A stretch of 64,000 nucleotides of DNA from the NCBI GenBank assembly GCA_034780895.1, contig JAUZTB010000027.1:33183562-33247561 (forward strand). The letters run 5' to 3'. The DNA is from Rhynchobatus australiae (taxonomy: Eukaryota). Positions 38,161 through 50,789 of the stretch are shown here, one piece after another. Below the pieces are notes generated by a model. The model was given only the letters and a program-made list of their open reading frames with translations. It had not been told where the DNA came from and did no database searches. The number at the start of each line of letters is the position of its first letter. Positions within the stretch are counted from its first letter, which is position 1. A program made the translations under genes and the position numbers.

Positions 38161-39084
38161 TGCCGTCCATGTGTCTGCCACACTTGTGGGCAGAACCAAG
38201 CTCTATCACTTTCTGGATTCTCCAGAAGGAGGATGGCCCTGAGTCCTGACATGTTTTATTGGCGAGGTCTGCTGTATATCCTTGATGACGGCACCTGTCT
38301 TTTTTTTTGGACACCTTGTGCTTGGGAGTTTTGCCATGTAACCTTTCAACCAGTCCATGCAGTCAGAAGGTCTTCTAACCCCAACCTTCCCCCACCCCCA
38401 CCGTACCTCTAATACTTTTAGAAGTAAAGTCTTCTTTAAAATTGCAAACTTTTGAAAGTTTTATAGCCCTTCTCATTACTTGTAATTCCCAGTTTGTGTC
38501 ACATTTTTTTAAATTAAGTTTTCAGTGTGTTTGAAGTCTTTATATGAAAATTTGAAAGGAAATAAGGGAAAATTGAAACTGATGCAAACACTTTATGAAC
38601 AACTTGATGCTCTATTTGATACCTCCCTTGCTCATTTTAAATGCTGACTTTGAAAGATTTATCTCGATTACACAGATCAAGAATAAACCTTTGACCAATG
38701 CAGACAGATCCGATTGGCTATGCACTTTGGTGGTTAATGTTTATTAAATTATGTCTGTGAATACTTTGGATTCTTTTGTTTCCAAGGCACAGCAAAAAAG
38801 AGAGGAAACAAAAGGGTCGGGGTTCCAAGCAGATAGATTGTGTGATTGTCAGTACAGCTAGGTTTAATGTTGAATATTCTTGCTTGAAATGGTTGATAGC
38901 AGCAGCTAAAGTGTTGCTGCTTCCTGGCACAGTCAAGGACTTTTGTAACCTGGATACAGTTGGCAGCTAGAAATGAAATTTGATTCCTGTTCAGCTCTGC
39001 TGCGTTGTGTCAGGAGTGGAACCATTACAGCCTGCCAATGAAAGGACACTTTTTAAAAAGAAATACAGACTTGGCAACAATAGC

Positions 39085-39150
39085 TTCCTGATTATTGGTT
39101 GGACCCATGTTTACCCTCGGGTCAAAGGTAAAAGGAAGTGTTTACAGGAA
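39085..39150 (+). promoter_or_regulatory. Dense transcription-factor motif cluster (candidate intronic promoter/enhancer)
   Basis: ATTGG (CCAAT) 39094-39098, forkhead TGTTTAC 39108-39114 and 39139-39145, DR1 GGGTCA-A-AGGTAA 39119-39131 and ETS AGGAAGT 39133-39139, all within about 55 bp of non-repeat sequence. Confidence 0.4.
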
Positions 39151-40823
39151 AAGGAGGAGGATAGGTTGGATGAATGTGAAAGGGTTATTTGGGAGCTGAG
39201 CCAGCTGAATAAAGAGTTAGACAAATTTAATCTTTTTCTGGTAATGGGTGCTTTTCCTGGAATATGAAAGGATTTTTCTTTCTTCCCAATGATGACATAT
39301 TCAGACTGTTGGAAGTGCCGTGCTGCTGGGTGTGACGTATTCCAAAAGCATTTATACTTCGAGAACAATGAACTTCTGAGCTCAAGGAAAATGCTCCGTT
39401 TAGACAGCATTTGCAATTAATGGAGGATGCAGTTTCACAGCTTGTGCAGAATTACATTACAAAATGGTGTACTGCACGAAATCAATTATGTTAACGTAAG
39501 ATCTCTCTTTTTAAAACAAAACTTAATACCTGACAGAATTTATTGTGGCAGGCCTTTTTAATCTGATTCTGACTAAGATGAAATCCCTGATAGTTTTAAT
39601 GCAAATTTTGAGGCTTCAGCTCTGACTCTAATTTTGTTTGTGAATTTCTGCAGAAATTGGAAGCAGTTGCACAGTTTCTGTGCTGCCCTAGAATGAGCTC
39701 AAGCCAAGCATCAGTCTAGTGAAAACTGTTTCTGGTGTCAGTAGACAAATGCTCAAGAGTTTTGTACATTATTTCCTTGTTATTTTAGGAGAAATATCAA
39801 TCCATTTAAAATTGGTTGATGCCTGTATTATAAGAGTAGAAAATGGAGTGTTATTATTTGATAGTTTCAGGTGTTCATCGTTAATGTTGGTAGCAATAAA
39901 CTTGCAAACTAAAAAACCTTAATCAGCTTTATTGCATTTTGAGCAAGAATGCTCTTCTTCTGCAGTGGCCTCCAGTATATTCCTGGGAGGGAGACCTTCA
40001 CATAATTTGTACATTCCTGGACTCATGAGCCCCTAACTTGTGGAAAAACAGTATTTACAATTTAAAGGGAAATGAAGTGATTTTTGTATACTATTCCAAA
40101 TAACACGATGGCAAAACAATAAATGTAGAAAAATACAAAAATCTAGTGATCTCATGGATGGATGCAATTCCTTTACTGAGTCATTCAGCACAGAAGGAGG
40201 CCCTTGGGTCCTTTATGGATGTCTCCAGTGAGAGCATCAGTTTGAAGATCTATGCTCTGCTGAACTGCTGGCTGGAGGCAATCTGGGAACCAACATGCTC
40301 TATGCTCCAGTAAACATGAGGGTAGGCTATGCAGCATAGTGTCACATTTTTATATCTTCCCATCAGGAGTTAATTGCTAAATGTTCATATTTCTGATCAA
40401 AACTCACCAAACTTGAGCACACTTTCCCTTTCATAACAATCTAGTAAAAATACCTTAACCTTTTTTTTGGATTTTTTAATGCAAACTATTAACTATAGAT
40501 TTATTTCATTAGATTTATTCCATCTTTTTCAGCCTATAAAGGATTAGCAGATCAAAGAATTAGCAGGAATGTTAAGTAAAACCAAAGAAATATTGAAAAA
40601 CTCAGTATTTTATTCTGTATCCATAAGTAGACAACTGTCAAAGGCACATTTCTACCTTCAAAGTTCAATATGCACTACAGTGATATGAAGACCACTATGC
40701 AATGATTAATAAAACCAAGTAGCTAAGAAGGTGGCCAGATTCAGAAACCTCAACAGCGCTCTGTAAAATTAAGAATCCAAATAGTTCATTTGGGACATTG
40801 ATCTACCTACTTGGTTGCTAGTA

Positions 40824-41133
40824 CAGGCTGTCCCCGGTTACAAGTGGGTTCCATTTTTACAGACGTCCTTAAGACAATTTTGTTTATAAGTCGGAAAATA
40901 CACAAAGATCACTCATTGTAACCATATTTTTACAGTATTGTAATGAATAGCATCAAAAGCACATTAGACTGAGAAGAAAGAACAAGTACTAAAAGTGGAG
41001 AGAGAAAGGAAACTAGTTCTACCAATCATAGGAGCAAACATATGTTGGAACTTTGAATTTAATAATATTATATCTGCTTGTTCATATGTAGAGTTATCCA
41101 TATGTCAGCCGTTCATAACCTGGGGACGGCCTG
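40824..41133. mobile_element. Tigger/pogo type MITE, 310 bp
   Basis: TIRs CAGGCTGTCCCC-GGTTACAA and (reverse complement of the right end) CAGGCCGTCCCCAGGTTATGAA; TA at 40822-40823 and 41134-41135. Confidence 0.85.
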
Positions 41134-41307
41134 TATGAAAGGCCTCATTGCTGTTCTGTTGCAGCTGGAAGCCATGGTTCCAGAACAACTACCTGTTAAT
41201 TGACCACTTTTAAATTTATGAATTTTTGCAATTTTTTTTAATAGTCACCTTGAGCCTCAAAATCTGAACCTCAGAGTGGAGCATTTTTAATTTTTTAATG
41301 TGAAGGA

Positions 41308-41505
41308 AGACACGGTAGTGTAGCGGTTAGCGTGACGCTATTGTAAGGAGTTTGTATGTTCTCCCATGTCTGCATAGGTTTCCTCCAGGTGCTCTGGGTT
41401 CCTCCCACATTCCAAAGACGGATGGGTAGGTTAACATGTGGGTTTAAAATGGGCAGTGCGGACTCGTTGGGCCAAAAAGGGCCTGTTACCACACTGTAAA
41501 TAAAA
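41308..41505 (+). mobile_element. V-SINE (short, internally deleted)
   Basis: tRNA-like head cacggtagtgtagcggttagcg, V-domain ggagtttgtatgttctcc..ggtttcctcc..cctcccacattccaaagacg, tail gggcc..aagggcctgttacc. Confidence 0.85.
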
Positions 41506-42494
41506 TGTTTAAAAATTTATAGCATTGTAGTAACTGAAGCTGGTTGACTTCAGCCTGTCAAATTTGTTTTATCACTTTGTTCGCTGTGGAAGCTCTTTTA
41601 AGTTTCTTTCATAGCATTTTCTCCATATTTATTAATGCATTTATTTCTGAAGTAAGCATCCATCTCCCTTTTTAAATCTCCTANNNNNNNNNNNNNNNNN
41701 NNNNNNNNNNNNNNNNNNNNNNNNNNNNNNNNNNNNNNNNNNNNNNNNNNNNNNNNNNNNNNNNNNNNNNNNNNNNNNNNNNNAATCTCCTAGTTAACTT
41801 GGCCTTTGCTGCCTTGACAGCTGTGTTCCATGTTCTCATAGGCCCTTATCCAAAGAAGTTTCTTCTGGATTCAATAAAGCCATGGAATTGTACAGCACAG
41901 ATACTGGGTTACTTTCTATGTTCAAGTCCCTAGCTCTGGAGTCCCAGCTGGGAAACTTATTGCTGATTTTAACCATGTATTTAAATTTGAACAAGATTTT
42001 TATAGTCACCTTCAGTACTTACTGTTTTTCTTAATTCTGTGATGTTACCATTGGCCACTTTTCAACGGCTGTGGTTTTTGTTTAAGAATTAAATAATTGG
42101 AAAATGTGATGTTTTAGTTGCATATAACTTCTGCCTCCTTAATCTGCCAATGAAAAGATTATTAAAATTTAAATGGCAAAAAACATACTGTTTGTAGATG
42201 CTTGGAGACTTGTCGCAGTTACTAAATCTCAAACTACAACACAGAAGGAAGCCATTCAGTTCATTGTGCTTGTGCTGCCTCCTCACTCAGATCTCTCTGT
42301 AGCAATGCAGTTTCCCAGAAACTTCCCCCCATCTGTTATACATTAAATTGTGACGTGACCAGTGATTTTTAAGTGCAACGAAGAGTTCTGTGTCATACTT
42401 TCCCAGGGGAAAAAGCACACTTATGAAATGTTATAAACAATCTTATCAGTCCATGGGTGGTATAAAAACATGCAGGGATTAAACCCATGTTAAT

Positions 42495-42819
42495 TGTCAC
42501 AGTTCAGACCATTGGAACGAAAAAACACAAGACAAAGATTTCCGGACTGCTTCCTTTATTTAAAAATCAGTAAGGGATAATGAGCAAAACATTCACATGG
42601 AAGCGTCCAATAGCACTGTCACACATAGAGTGATTCCTGATTACCACTCAGCATGCAGTAATCCATGATTACTAATAAACACGTACAGCACAATTGCACA
42701 TCCAATAATCCCTGATTACTAACAACATCTAATAGCCTAGGGTAACCCCGATTACTAATAAGTATGTGTAGTTCTATGCGTCCTATACATAAGGCAACAC
42801 CTTGTCAGCATCTGTGACG
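42495..42819 (-). mobile_element. Possible solo LTR with internal short repeats
   Basis: Inverted termini TGTCACAG...CTGTGACG, minus-strand AATAAA near 42555-42560, and four TAATCCnTGATTAC-like units. No TSD recognised. Confidence 0.35.
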
Positions 42820-43559
42820 AGACATTGCTTTTTAGCCAGCCACTGACCAGAAAGCCTTTCCTGACCGCAACAGTCCTGAATGTGTTTCACAGCACCACAC
42901 TGCAGAACCTGGCAATTTTTTAATTTGATAATTTTTTATTTAATAAGAATAATGGCTATAGCTCTTTATTACCTCCTCGAAGTTAAGCAGCAATAGTCAG
43001 TCATGATTATTAGACCTGCAAGGCCAAATATTAAATATATGTCTCCAAAGCTGGGGATATTCTGTTTCAAAGCAGCCATCCAACTGTGTACTCTGCCAAG
43101 GGCTACCATGTTCTTCTTATGTGTGGAAAATTAACTCGGCAGCATGGAGTAGATTTAATTTAAAAACCCTTTTGGTCTCACAAAGCATATTGTAAATAAA
43201 TTTGGTTTACTTCAGTGATTGGTTGAATTACCCAGATACACAGATATTACAATAACAATGGTGTAATGGTCCCTTTCAGACAGACATGGGAGAAAATATA
43301 TTGAGGAATAAGGAAATATATATAAAAAAAATTCTGTCTACATGGAGGAAAGAGCANNNNNNNNNNNNNNNNNNNNNNNNNNNNNNNNNNNNNNNNNNNN
43401 NNNNNNNNNNNNNNNNNNNNNNNNNNNNNNNNNNNNNNNNNNNNNNNNNNNNNNNNCTGTCTAGAGGGAGGAAAGAGAAAAAAAAATCTTTTCTGGAAAT
43501 GGTTGAAAGCAACTGCTGCATTGTGAATGAAGAGCTGAAAGAAATTAGTATTAGTTTTA

Positions 43560-44800
43560 AAATAAAAACTAGTATTGGGGAAATTAAATGAGACTAAACG
43601 CCAATATGTGCCCAGGATGTGATGATCTGCACCTCAAGGGTTTTGAAGAGATGGAAATGCTGTTTGCTGACTTCCAAAATTCATTGTTTCTAGTACAGAT
43701 GGCACAGATTGGAAGAGAGTAAATCAAGCCCCACAATTTAATAACAGAGCGAGAGTAGAAATGAGGAACTACAGACTAATTGGCCTGGTTTCAGTAACAA
43801 GGAAAATACTAGAATTTGTTATTCAGAAAGTGTTAACAGGACATTTAAAATAATAATTGGATTGGGCAGAGTTATTCAGGTTTATGAAAGGGAAATTCAT
43901 ATTTGACAAATATGAGAGTTAGCAGAGTAGGTAAGAAAATCACTGGGTGTGGTGATTTGGACTTTAAGAAGACCTTTGATAAGGTAGTGCAAGAGATTAT
44001 TGAATCAAACTAGAAAACATAGGGTTGCGGGTAAAATAGTGGCAAGGATTGAGGATTAGTTACTAGACAAAACAGTAGAATGGGAGGATGTGACATGGGA
44101 CGAGTATTGGGGCCCCAGCTGTTGACAATCCATATCAGTGATGTAGATGAGGGGACTGTGTGTAATGTATCCAAGTTTGTTGATGATGATAGTAGCAGTA
44201 TTGAATGTTGAAGAATATGCAGAATGGATTCAAGAGGATAGAGACTGGTGAACTGAATCAGTAAGATCCTGAAAAATGGAATATTATTGCAGAAAAATGT
44301 GAAGTTATTAACTTCAGTAAAATAAAAGCTGAGTATTTTTTAAATGGTGAGAGATCAAAAAGTGTTGGTGATTAGAGTGGCTTGAGTGTCCTTGGCTATG
44401 AAACCCTGAAAGTTAACATGTAGCTACCATGAGAAATTAGGAAGACAAACAATATACTGGCCTTTATCTCCAGAGAATGTGGGTAAAAGGTTTAAGCCTT
44501 CATGAAATTACAGAGCCGAGGTAATATTGTGTACACATCTGCTCTCCTTACCTAAGGAAAGATGAATTTGCAATTGAGTGAGCGCAGGGAAGGTTTAATA
44601 ATTAACTTCTGGGGTGTGGGGATTGTCCTCTGGAGAAACATGCAAGTTGGTCCAATATACTGTAGAGGTCAAAAGAATGAGGGGTGATCTGATTGAAACA
44701 TACTAAACTTTTTATGGAACTTGATAGGTAGATAAAGGGATGATGTTTTCTCTTGGCTAGGATGTCCTGAACCAGGGAGTCCAGTTTCAAAGTAAGGTAT
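43560..44800 (+). mobile_element. Heavily decayed CR1 LINE ORF2
   Basis: Recognisable DNA blocks in order: PGCDDLH, ggaactacagac, gactttaagaagacctttgataaggt, gtattggggccccagc, tccaagtttgttgatgat, gaatgaggggtgatctgattgaaac. Confidence 0.85.
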
Positions 44801-44899
44801 CTGTGAATAGGGAAGCAGAGCTATTATTTCAGATTGATGAGCTCTGATCAGAATTCTATTTTCTTGTAAAACTCTGCAAAAAGTATTTAGTTTTCAGTT

Positions 44900-46400
44900 T
44901 TCTTTGTTGATTATTCTTGTGCTGCATTAGCTAAGTTCCCAACCAGGCAAATAATCTATGATCTTCAACTTCAGCTAACAGTCTGTTATGATGAACTTCA
45001 TCAAACGCCTTTTGAAAGTCCATGTAAATATATCCATAGACATTTACCCTTTCCACTGATCAATCACTATTAAAAAAAAATGGCTGGTCTGTCAAATGTG
45101 AACAATTCTTCACAAATCCACTTTGGCTCAATTTGAACAGCTGTATAGGTATTAAATGTCACTGAATTTAATTCCAGCNNNNNNNNNNNNNNNNNNNNNN
45201 NNNNNNNNNNNNNNNNNNNNNNNNNNNNNNNNNNNNNNNNNNNNNNNNNNNNNNNNNNNNNNNNNNNNNNNNNGTTTTACAATGGTCCCAAACCAGTGAA
45301 TTGTCATACAAACCATCCAGTTCATGAATGCCTTTCAGGCAAGGAAATCTGCCGCCCTTCCCTGGGCTTTAACTCTAGATCCAGCAATGTGGTTGACTTT
45401 TACGTACCTTCTGAAATGGGCTAGTAAGGCAATTTAAGAATGGCCAATAAATGCTGGACCGTGCCAATGATGATTAGATCCTGAAAAATAGTAGATATTA
45501 TAAAATAATAGGCATCAGAAATGTTCTTTCTTACTTTAAATAAAAGTGGAATCCTGTTGCCCTGGAACTGATCACATTTTAGTGCCAAGCTTTTGTTCAT
45601 CTCCATTATTTTGCCTACTTTAATTTTGGTGAGTCCTGGCCCTGAATTGCTATCAGTTTGCTCAGCGTATTGGGTTTGTAGATACTGATGCAAAGTAAAT
45701 AATTCAATAAATGAGCAATTTTTTTTCTTATTTGTATCTGTTTTTGGTTTTCAAGAAATTCCTGACCAACCCCCTTATTTATTTATAATTGTGAATTTTG
45801 CATTGATAGGTTTTCCTTCTAAGTTTTTTTATATTCTCACTTTGTAAACGTTACTTTCAATTTTATCACTTTTCTTCCAGTCGCCATGGTCAGTGCTGGT
45901 TTTTGATTTTTTTGGAAGCATGTTCTTAAACTCTATGTTGTCCCTTGCATCCACGGCTTTTCCTTTGGCGAGTAGAGCTATTAGCCCACTGGGTATAAAC
46001 GAGTTCCAAATCACATTAAACTTTCTTATAAATGTATTTCACCTCCTCCTGTCATTTTACCCACTAATAGATTTTTTCAGATTAAAATGGATTGTCTGCT
46101 CCTTTCAAATAGTACATTATGATTGAGGATAGATAAATTTTCTAGACTGTCAACTAAACCTAGCTCAGTCATTCTTAAATCTACTATGGCCTGCCTGCTC
46201 CAGAAAATATTATTGCAGAAAACTACACTAAATAAGAAATTTGCTACCTGTCTGACACGAGTTAGTTTGCTTATCCCATTCAATATTAATGTTACGATGG
46301 GCCTGTGAACAGTTTTCACTAGAACCAAGGATTTGTCTTTATTTCTTATTGCTACCTATAAAGCCCCCATGACCTGTTACCTTTATATTTGTTCTCATTC
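44900..46400 (-). mobile_element. Decayed CR1 LINE on the opposite strand, interrupted by a gap and a SINE
   Basis: tcaaacgccttttgaaagtccat (reverse DFQKAFD) and gagtcctggccctg (reverse PGPD), followed by endonuclease-region remnants to about 46400. Confidence 0.6.
45274..45490 (+). mobile_element. Chondrichthyan SINE 3' half nested in CR1
   Basis: catccagttcatgaatgcctttcaggcaaggaaatctgcc..cagcaatgtggttgact..ctgaaatgggctagtaag..ggccaataaatgctgg. Confidence 0.75.
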
Positions 46401-47719
46401 TTGAAGTGATTTCATCCTTTGATGCCTGGGATACTCTTCCTCCTTCACCAAATTATCCATTTCTGCAGACCTGAAAACTTGTATTTAATTTCTTTTCCTG
46501 ACAGACTTGCAATCAACTTTGTGAGCAATGGCTACCCCCCCCCCCCCCCATAACATTGCATCTGGAAAAGAGTGCATTCGTATGCTGCTTAACTCTTGAG
46601 TATCTGCATAAAGATACTTATTTGAGTCTCCCACTCTAAACTACTCTAATGTTTTGCTCATGTATTTCTAAGTGCCTGTCCATGGTTTCGTTACTGCATA
46701 TCCTTCCCTATTCCTGCAGACTATCAAACATAAAGCACAATTGCACATGCATTATACAAAATGAAGCTCCTATTTCCCCACACCACTGCTTCAGCCAACA
46801 GTTTACCTCATAATCTTCCTATCTCTTTGCCAAATGGTATGCAGTCTCGTAGCGTGGAGATGATGAGCCTTGATGTCTTGCTCCAACTTAGTTCCTCACA
46901 CATTATTCTGTCCAAAGATGACCATTTGTCTGCCTTTGAAACACTGTGACTGGATTTTCCCTTCTTCCTTCTTTGATTAGAAGCCAGTTTGTGATGTCCT
47001 CCATTCTGGCACCAGGCAAACAGCATTCCAAATGGGATGCCTGATCCTAATTACAAAAGATGCCATTTGCCCACTTAATTAGTGGATCTTTCACAACTAC
47101 CACACTTTGGTTCCCTTCCCTTCATTCTGGAGATCTGCCTCCTCCATGATCAGGATCGTGGCTGTCTCACCACAGAGCACATCCTTATGCATAGAAGTGC
47201 ATTTTGCCTGTTGGAAATTTCTGCAGATCCTCTTCATTTCACTTGGGGTTCCCCTTTCTCAGTGATGTTACCAGTCAAGGCAACCCTGCCTATTGTGATT
47301 CTGCACCTCTCTAAAGTATGACTAATTGGTCCAGGTATTGTCCACCCTCTACTATGTATTTAAACCCCACCCAACCAACACCTCAACCCTGTCATTCTCA
47401 TGAGATGCATCATTAACATTCATGAGCCACCCTACACTGTCACACACAGCCACACAATCACCTTGTTTTGGCTCTCCACCCATGCACAACTCTTGCCCAC
47501 TTTCTTGCGCATACTCCTTAGAAGTGACACCTTCCTCTCACGCGCACTTTCCCTCGCACAATCCATCTTGAGCGTATTCTTGTACACACGCTCCTCAGAA
47601 GTGATGCCTTTCGTGTGTGCGCAACACCTGTCTCGTGCCCACACACTCTCCCTTGTGTGCTCCATCTCGCACGCATTCTTATGCATGCCCCTTGGTAGCA
47701 GACTATGTGTGGTTGGAGT

Positions 47720-47890
47720 TAAAACACAAAATGCTAGAAATGCCCAACAGGTCAGGCACCATCTATGAAAAGAGAAACAGTGATAACATTTCGTGTTGAA
47801 TACCTTTTATCAGATCCTACCTGACCTATTGAGTATTTCCAGCATTTTCTGTTTCTATTTTCAGATCTTCCACATTTACAGTTTTTTTGA
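47720..47890. repeat. Penelope-derived palindromic element
   Basis: aaacacaaaatgctagaaatgcccaacaggtcagg ... cctgacctattgagtatttccagcattttctgttt inverted arms. Confidence 0.7.
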
Positions 47891-49139
47891 TTTTCTTGCA
47901 TGGTTATGTCTGTGCCAATGATAATATTTGGAAGCAAGCCTAAAAAGGTTATGTTTTGTGAATCTTCCTCCATAACGTTGCCAAAATTGAAGTGTTGAAT
48001 GTTTCAGTAATAATTGACAATATGAATAGTGAAAAAAACAACTTAGAAAATGTATGACATTATATGTATCTCAGACATGTGTTTGCAACCAACAAATTAC
48101 TTAAAAGTGTAATGATCACTGCAGTCATTATTCATATGGATGAGAGATGCACCTCTAGACTCCTGCGAGATCACTCTGGGATCAAATTCCTGCTAAATTC
48201 AATAATGTACTTAAAGCTGAAAAACCTGTGTACTCTCAGTTGACTGTCTCTGAAATTAAGTTGTGAGATGTGCAACAAATAATGTTCACAAAGAATGATG
48301 TTGATTAAGTTGGTGTGTAATTTTGTTCCCAGTAATGCTTTGCCCTTCCATGGTTTATATCTGAGGTGGAGGATCAGCCATGATTGTGTTGAATGACAGA
48401 GCAGGCTCAAAGGGCCAAATGGCTACTCCTGTTCTTATTTGTCCATATTTTCTGTGAATTAATTACAGAGCATTGAAAAGTGGTTTCTTGAATAACTTGA
48501 ACAACAATTTGAAATTGTTTGCAGAGGTACTTTAATGGCTTCAACTGAGTTCCTCTGCAACCACTTAAAGTTTATGGTAGAAAATGTTAAATATTTTAAT
48601 TTTGTTGCTGTCGTAGTGTTTATTGATACGATGTTGCTGTAGTGTGAGAACAATGGGTTTAAAGCACTTTTATTACTTGTATACCAATCTTTCTGTTCAT
48701 CATTTGTATAGCAAAAATAGGATCTGTGGTGGAAAATTAACCACAGATGCAGTGGGTTTGAATTTATTAATATCTATTATCTTGTTAATCTCTCCATTTA
48801 ACTGTACTTCAAACTCAATCTGATCATCCTTTCTTTTCCATTTAATGCCAACAAGCTTCAGCTGCCACCTGTGGACTGGGAAAATCAAATCAAATTGTGG
48901 ACTGCTTCTTCCTCATTACTGTTTAGAGCATTATGAAAATCAGTTTGAGAGAGATTTTAGCTGTCCAGTTTTCCTTTTGAGTTTTTCTGTTCTCCATGAT
49001 TTTTGCCCCATTCTGCTTCATTCTAGTTTTAGTTTATTCGTCAATTTTCTTTTCTCTTTCAATCTTCAACCAACATGGATCTCCAGAAAAGCTGGTAATT
49101 ATATTCCATTCCTTCATGTGCCTTTATTCAGAATAACTT

Positions 49140-49420
49140 GATGGGCCATTCCAGAGGGCAGTCATGTGTCACCACACTGTGGATCTGGAGTTACATCTTG
49201 GCCGGACTGGGAAAAGAATGCCAGATTTCCTTCTCTGTAGTACAGTGATGAACCAGATGGCTTCTTATTTATGAACCAATGGTTTCATGGTTAATAGCAT
49301 TAATGCTACTGTTTTTTTTATTGCATATTTATTGAATTACTTGAATTTAAGTTGTCCAACTGCCTTGGAGATTCTTGGGATCAGCAGTCCAAACCAATGG
49401 ATATCAGTCCAGTAACCCTC
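49140..49420 (-). mobile_element. Chondrichthyan tRNA-derived SINE
   Basis: ccattccagagggcagtc..ccacactgtggatctggagttaca..ccagatttccttctct..gaaccagatgg; homologous to 29070-29405. Confidence 0.75.
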
Positions 49421-50789
49421 TGCTACTGTACCCACAGGGGATGCCATCTCTTCTCAGATTTAAAAATCTGGGTCTTAATTTTTTTAGGAACCTTTTGTTT
49501 CTTTCTACCCTTCTCATTTCCTTTCTCATTGAGGACAGGCTTGCCTTGGATTACCCAAAGTTGTGCCTGGCTTTTTAAGCTGTGGGTGAATGATGTGAAG
49601 TGCTTTTCTTTGTAGGGAGCTATGTTAAGGGAACAGCATAACCTGGGAACTGTTCCACAGTGATTCAACAGCTGGGCTGTGACTACCCTTCTGCAAAAGT
49701 GTTAAATTGCAACTCAAGTTTTTGCAAAAATAACAGTTTCTGCAGCACTGCTGTCATTGTATAAATCTGTATGATTTACAATTAGCTGTTTTTGGAAAAG
49801 TATTTAAAGTAACTTTCATAATGAGGAGAAGATAAGGTCATCATGTTTTCTCTGTGCCAATTGGCCCTTGACTGGCAGCTCTACTTTATAATTCCATCAA
49901 CAGCCCTCCATTCACAGAGTTGCACTTCTCTCCCTTTGCTATTGTTTACTTCACCCACCTCCCCATTTACTTAAGAGGTCCCATGCAGCTGTTTGTGGTT
50001 TTATGTTAGTTAAAATTGAAGCTGGATACCTCTGCCGTCAGGTCCTTGTGCACAGTGGGACTGCATTGAATGCTTTGGCCACTGTGACTTCTGCCACATG
50101 GTTTCTTCAAGTTTAAGGTAAACTGTTCCAACCTTTCCCCCTCCTGCTTCTCTTAGTCCCTCGGGTCTGGAGTATACTTCGTTGAAGTACCAGTTTGCTC
50201 TCTAGTGCTCTGTTAGGAGCTACATTGAAAGTTACTTTACACTGTACTGAATCAAACATCACAAGTTGTTGCATGTTTGAAAATACTTTCAGTCAAGACT
50301 GCTGCTTTTATACTGGACTGTTCCTACTTGCCCTTCTCTCATCAGCCTAGTTTCTGCCCCTTCACTGTCCTTCCTCTATGCTGACATGATGTAAGCAGCA
50401 GAAAGCAGAGTTTGGTTCTTTACTAAGGAAGAAACAGTTGAAAGTTGACTTGGAAGTGCTGCTTAATTAGTCATTGCTTGATTATTGACACATTGGTTTT
50501 ATTAGGTGATTCTAGGAACAAGTGTTAGCGTATCCTTATGACTGCACATGGACCCAAAGGATGTTCTGGGGGAAAACTTTCAAAAGAACAAATAATTAGG
50601 GAGAAAAATACTGTGTTTGCTAATCTACGCCGGTACTAAAAGGCAGAAGCCATTCTCAAAAAAGACATTTATATGTCATTTGAACAGTTTACACTGTGTC
50701 ATCTTTTTGCAGGAGGATCATCACAGTTTTGGGTGTTGTATCTCAATAGAATATATAAGCACAGAAACAAACATTTGGCTGTGTTTATG

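Noticed and set aside
37726-38412. 228-aa plus-strand ORF, the second longest in the window
   Set aside because: It has a non-ATG start, no recognisable domain and runs through a V-SINE fragment; it does not resemble CHD9 exon 3.
10320-42357. Recurring TGACGT (CRE/ATF-like) hexamers at about 10320, 24022, 28536, 35535, 35773, 39333 and 42351
   Set aside because: They are scattered over 32 kb and the count is not clearly above chance for a 6-mer; only the clustered instances are reported.
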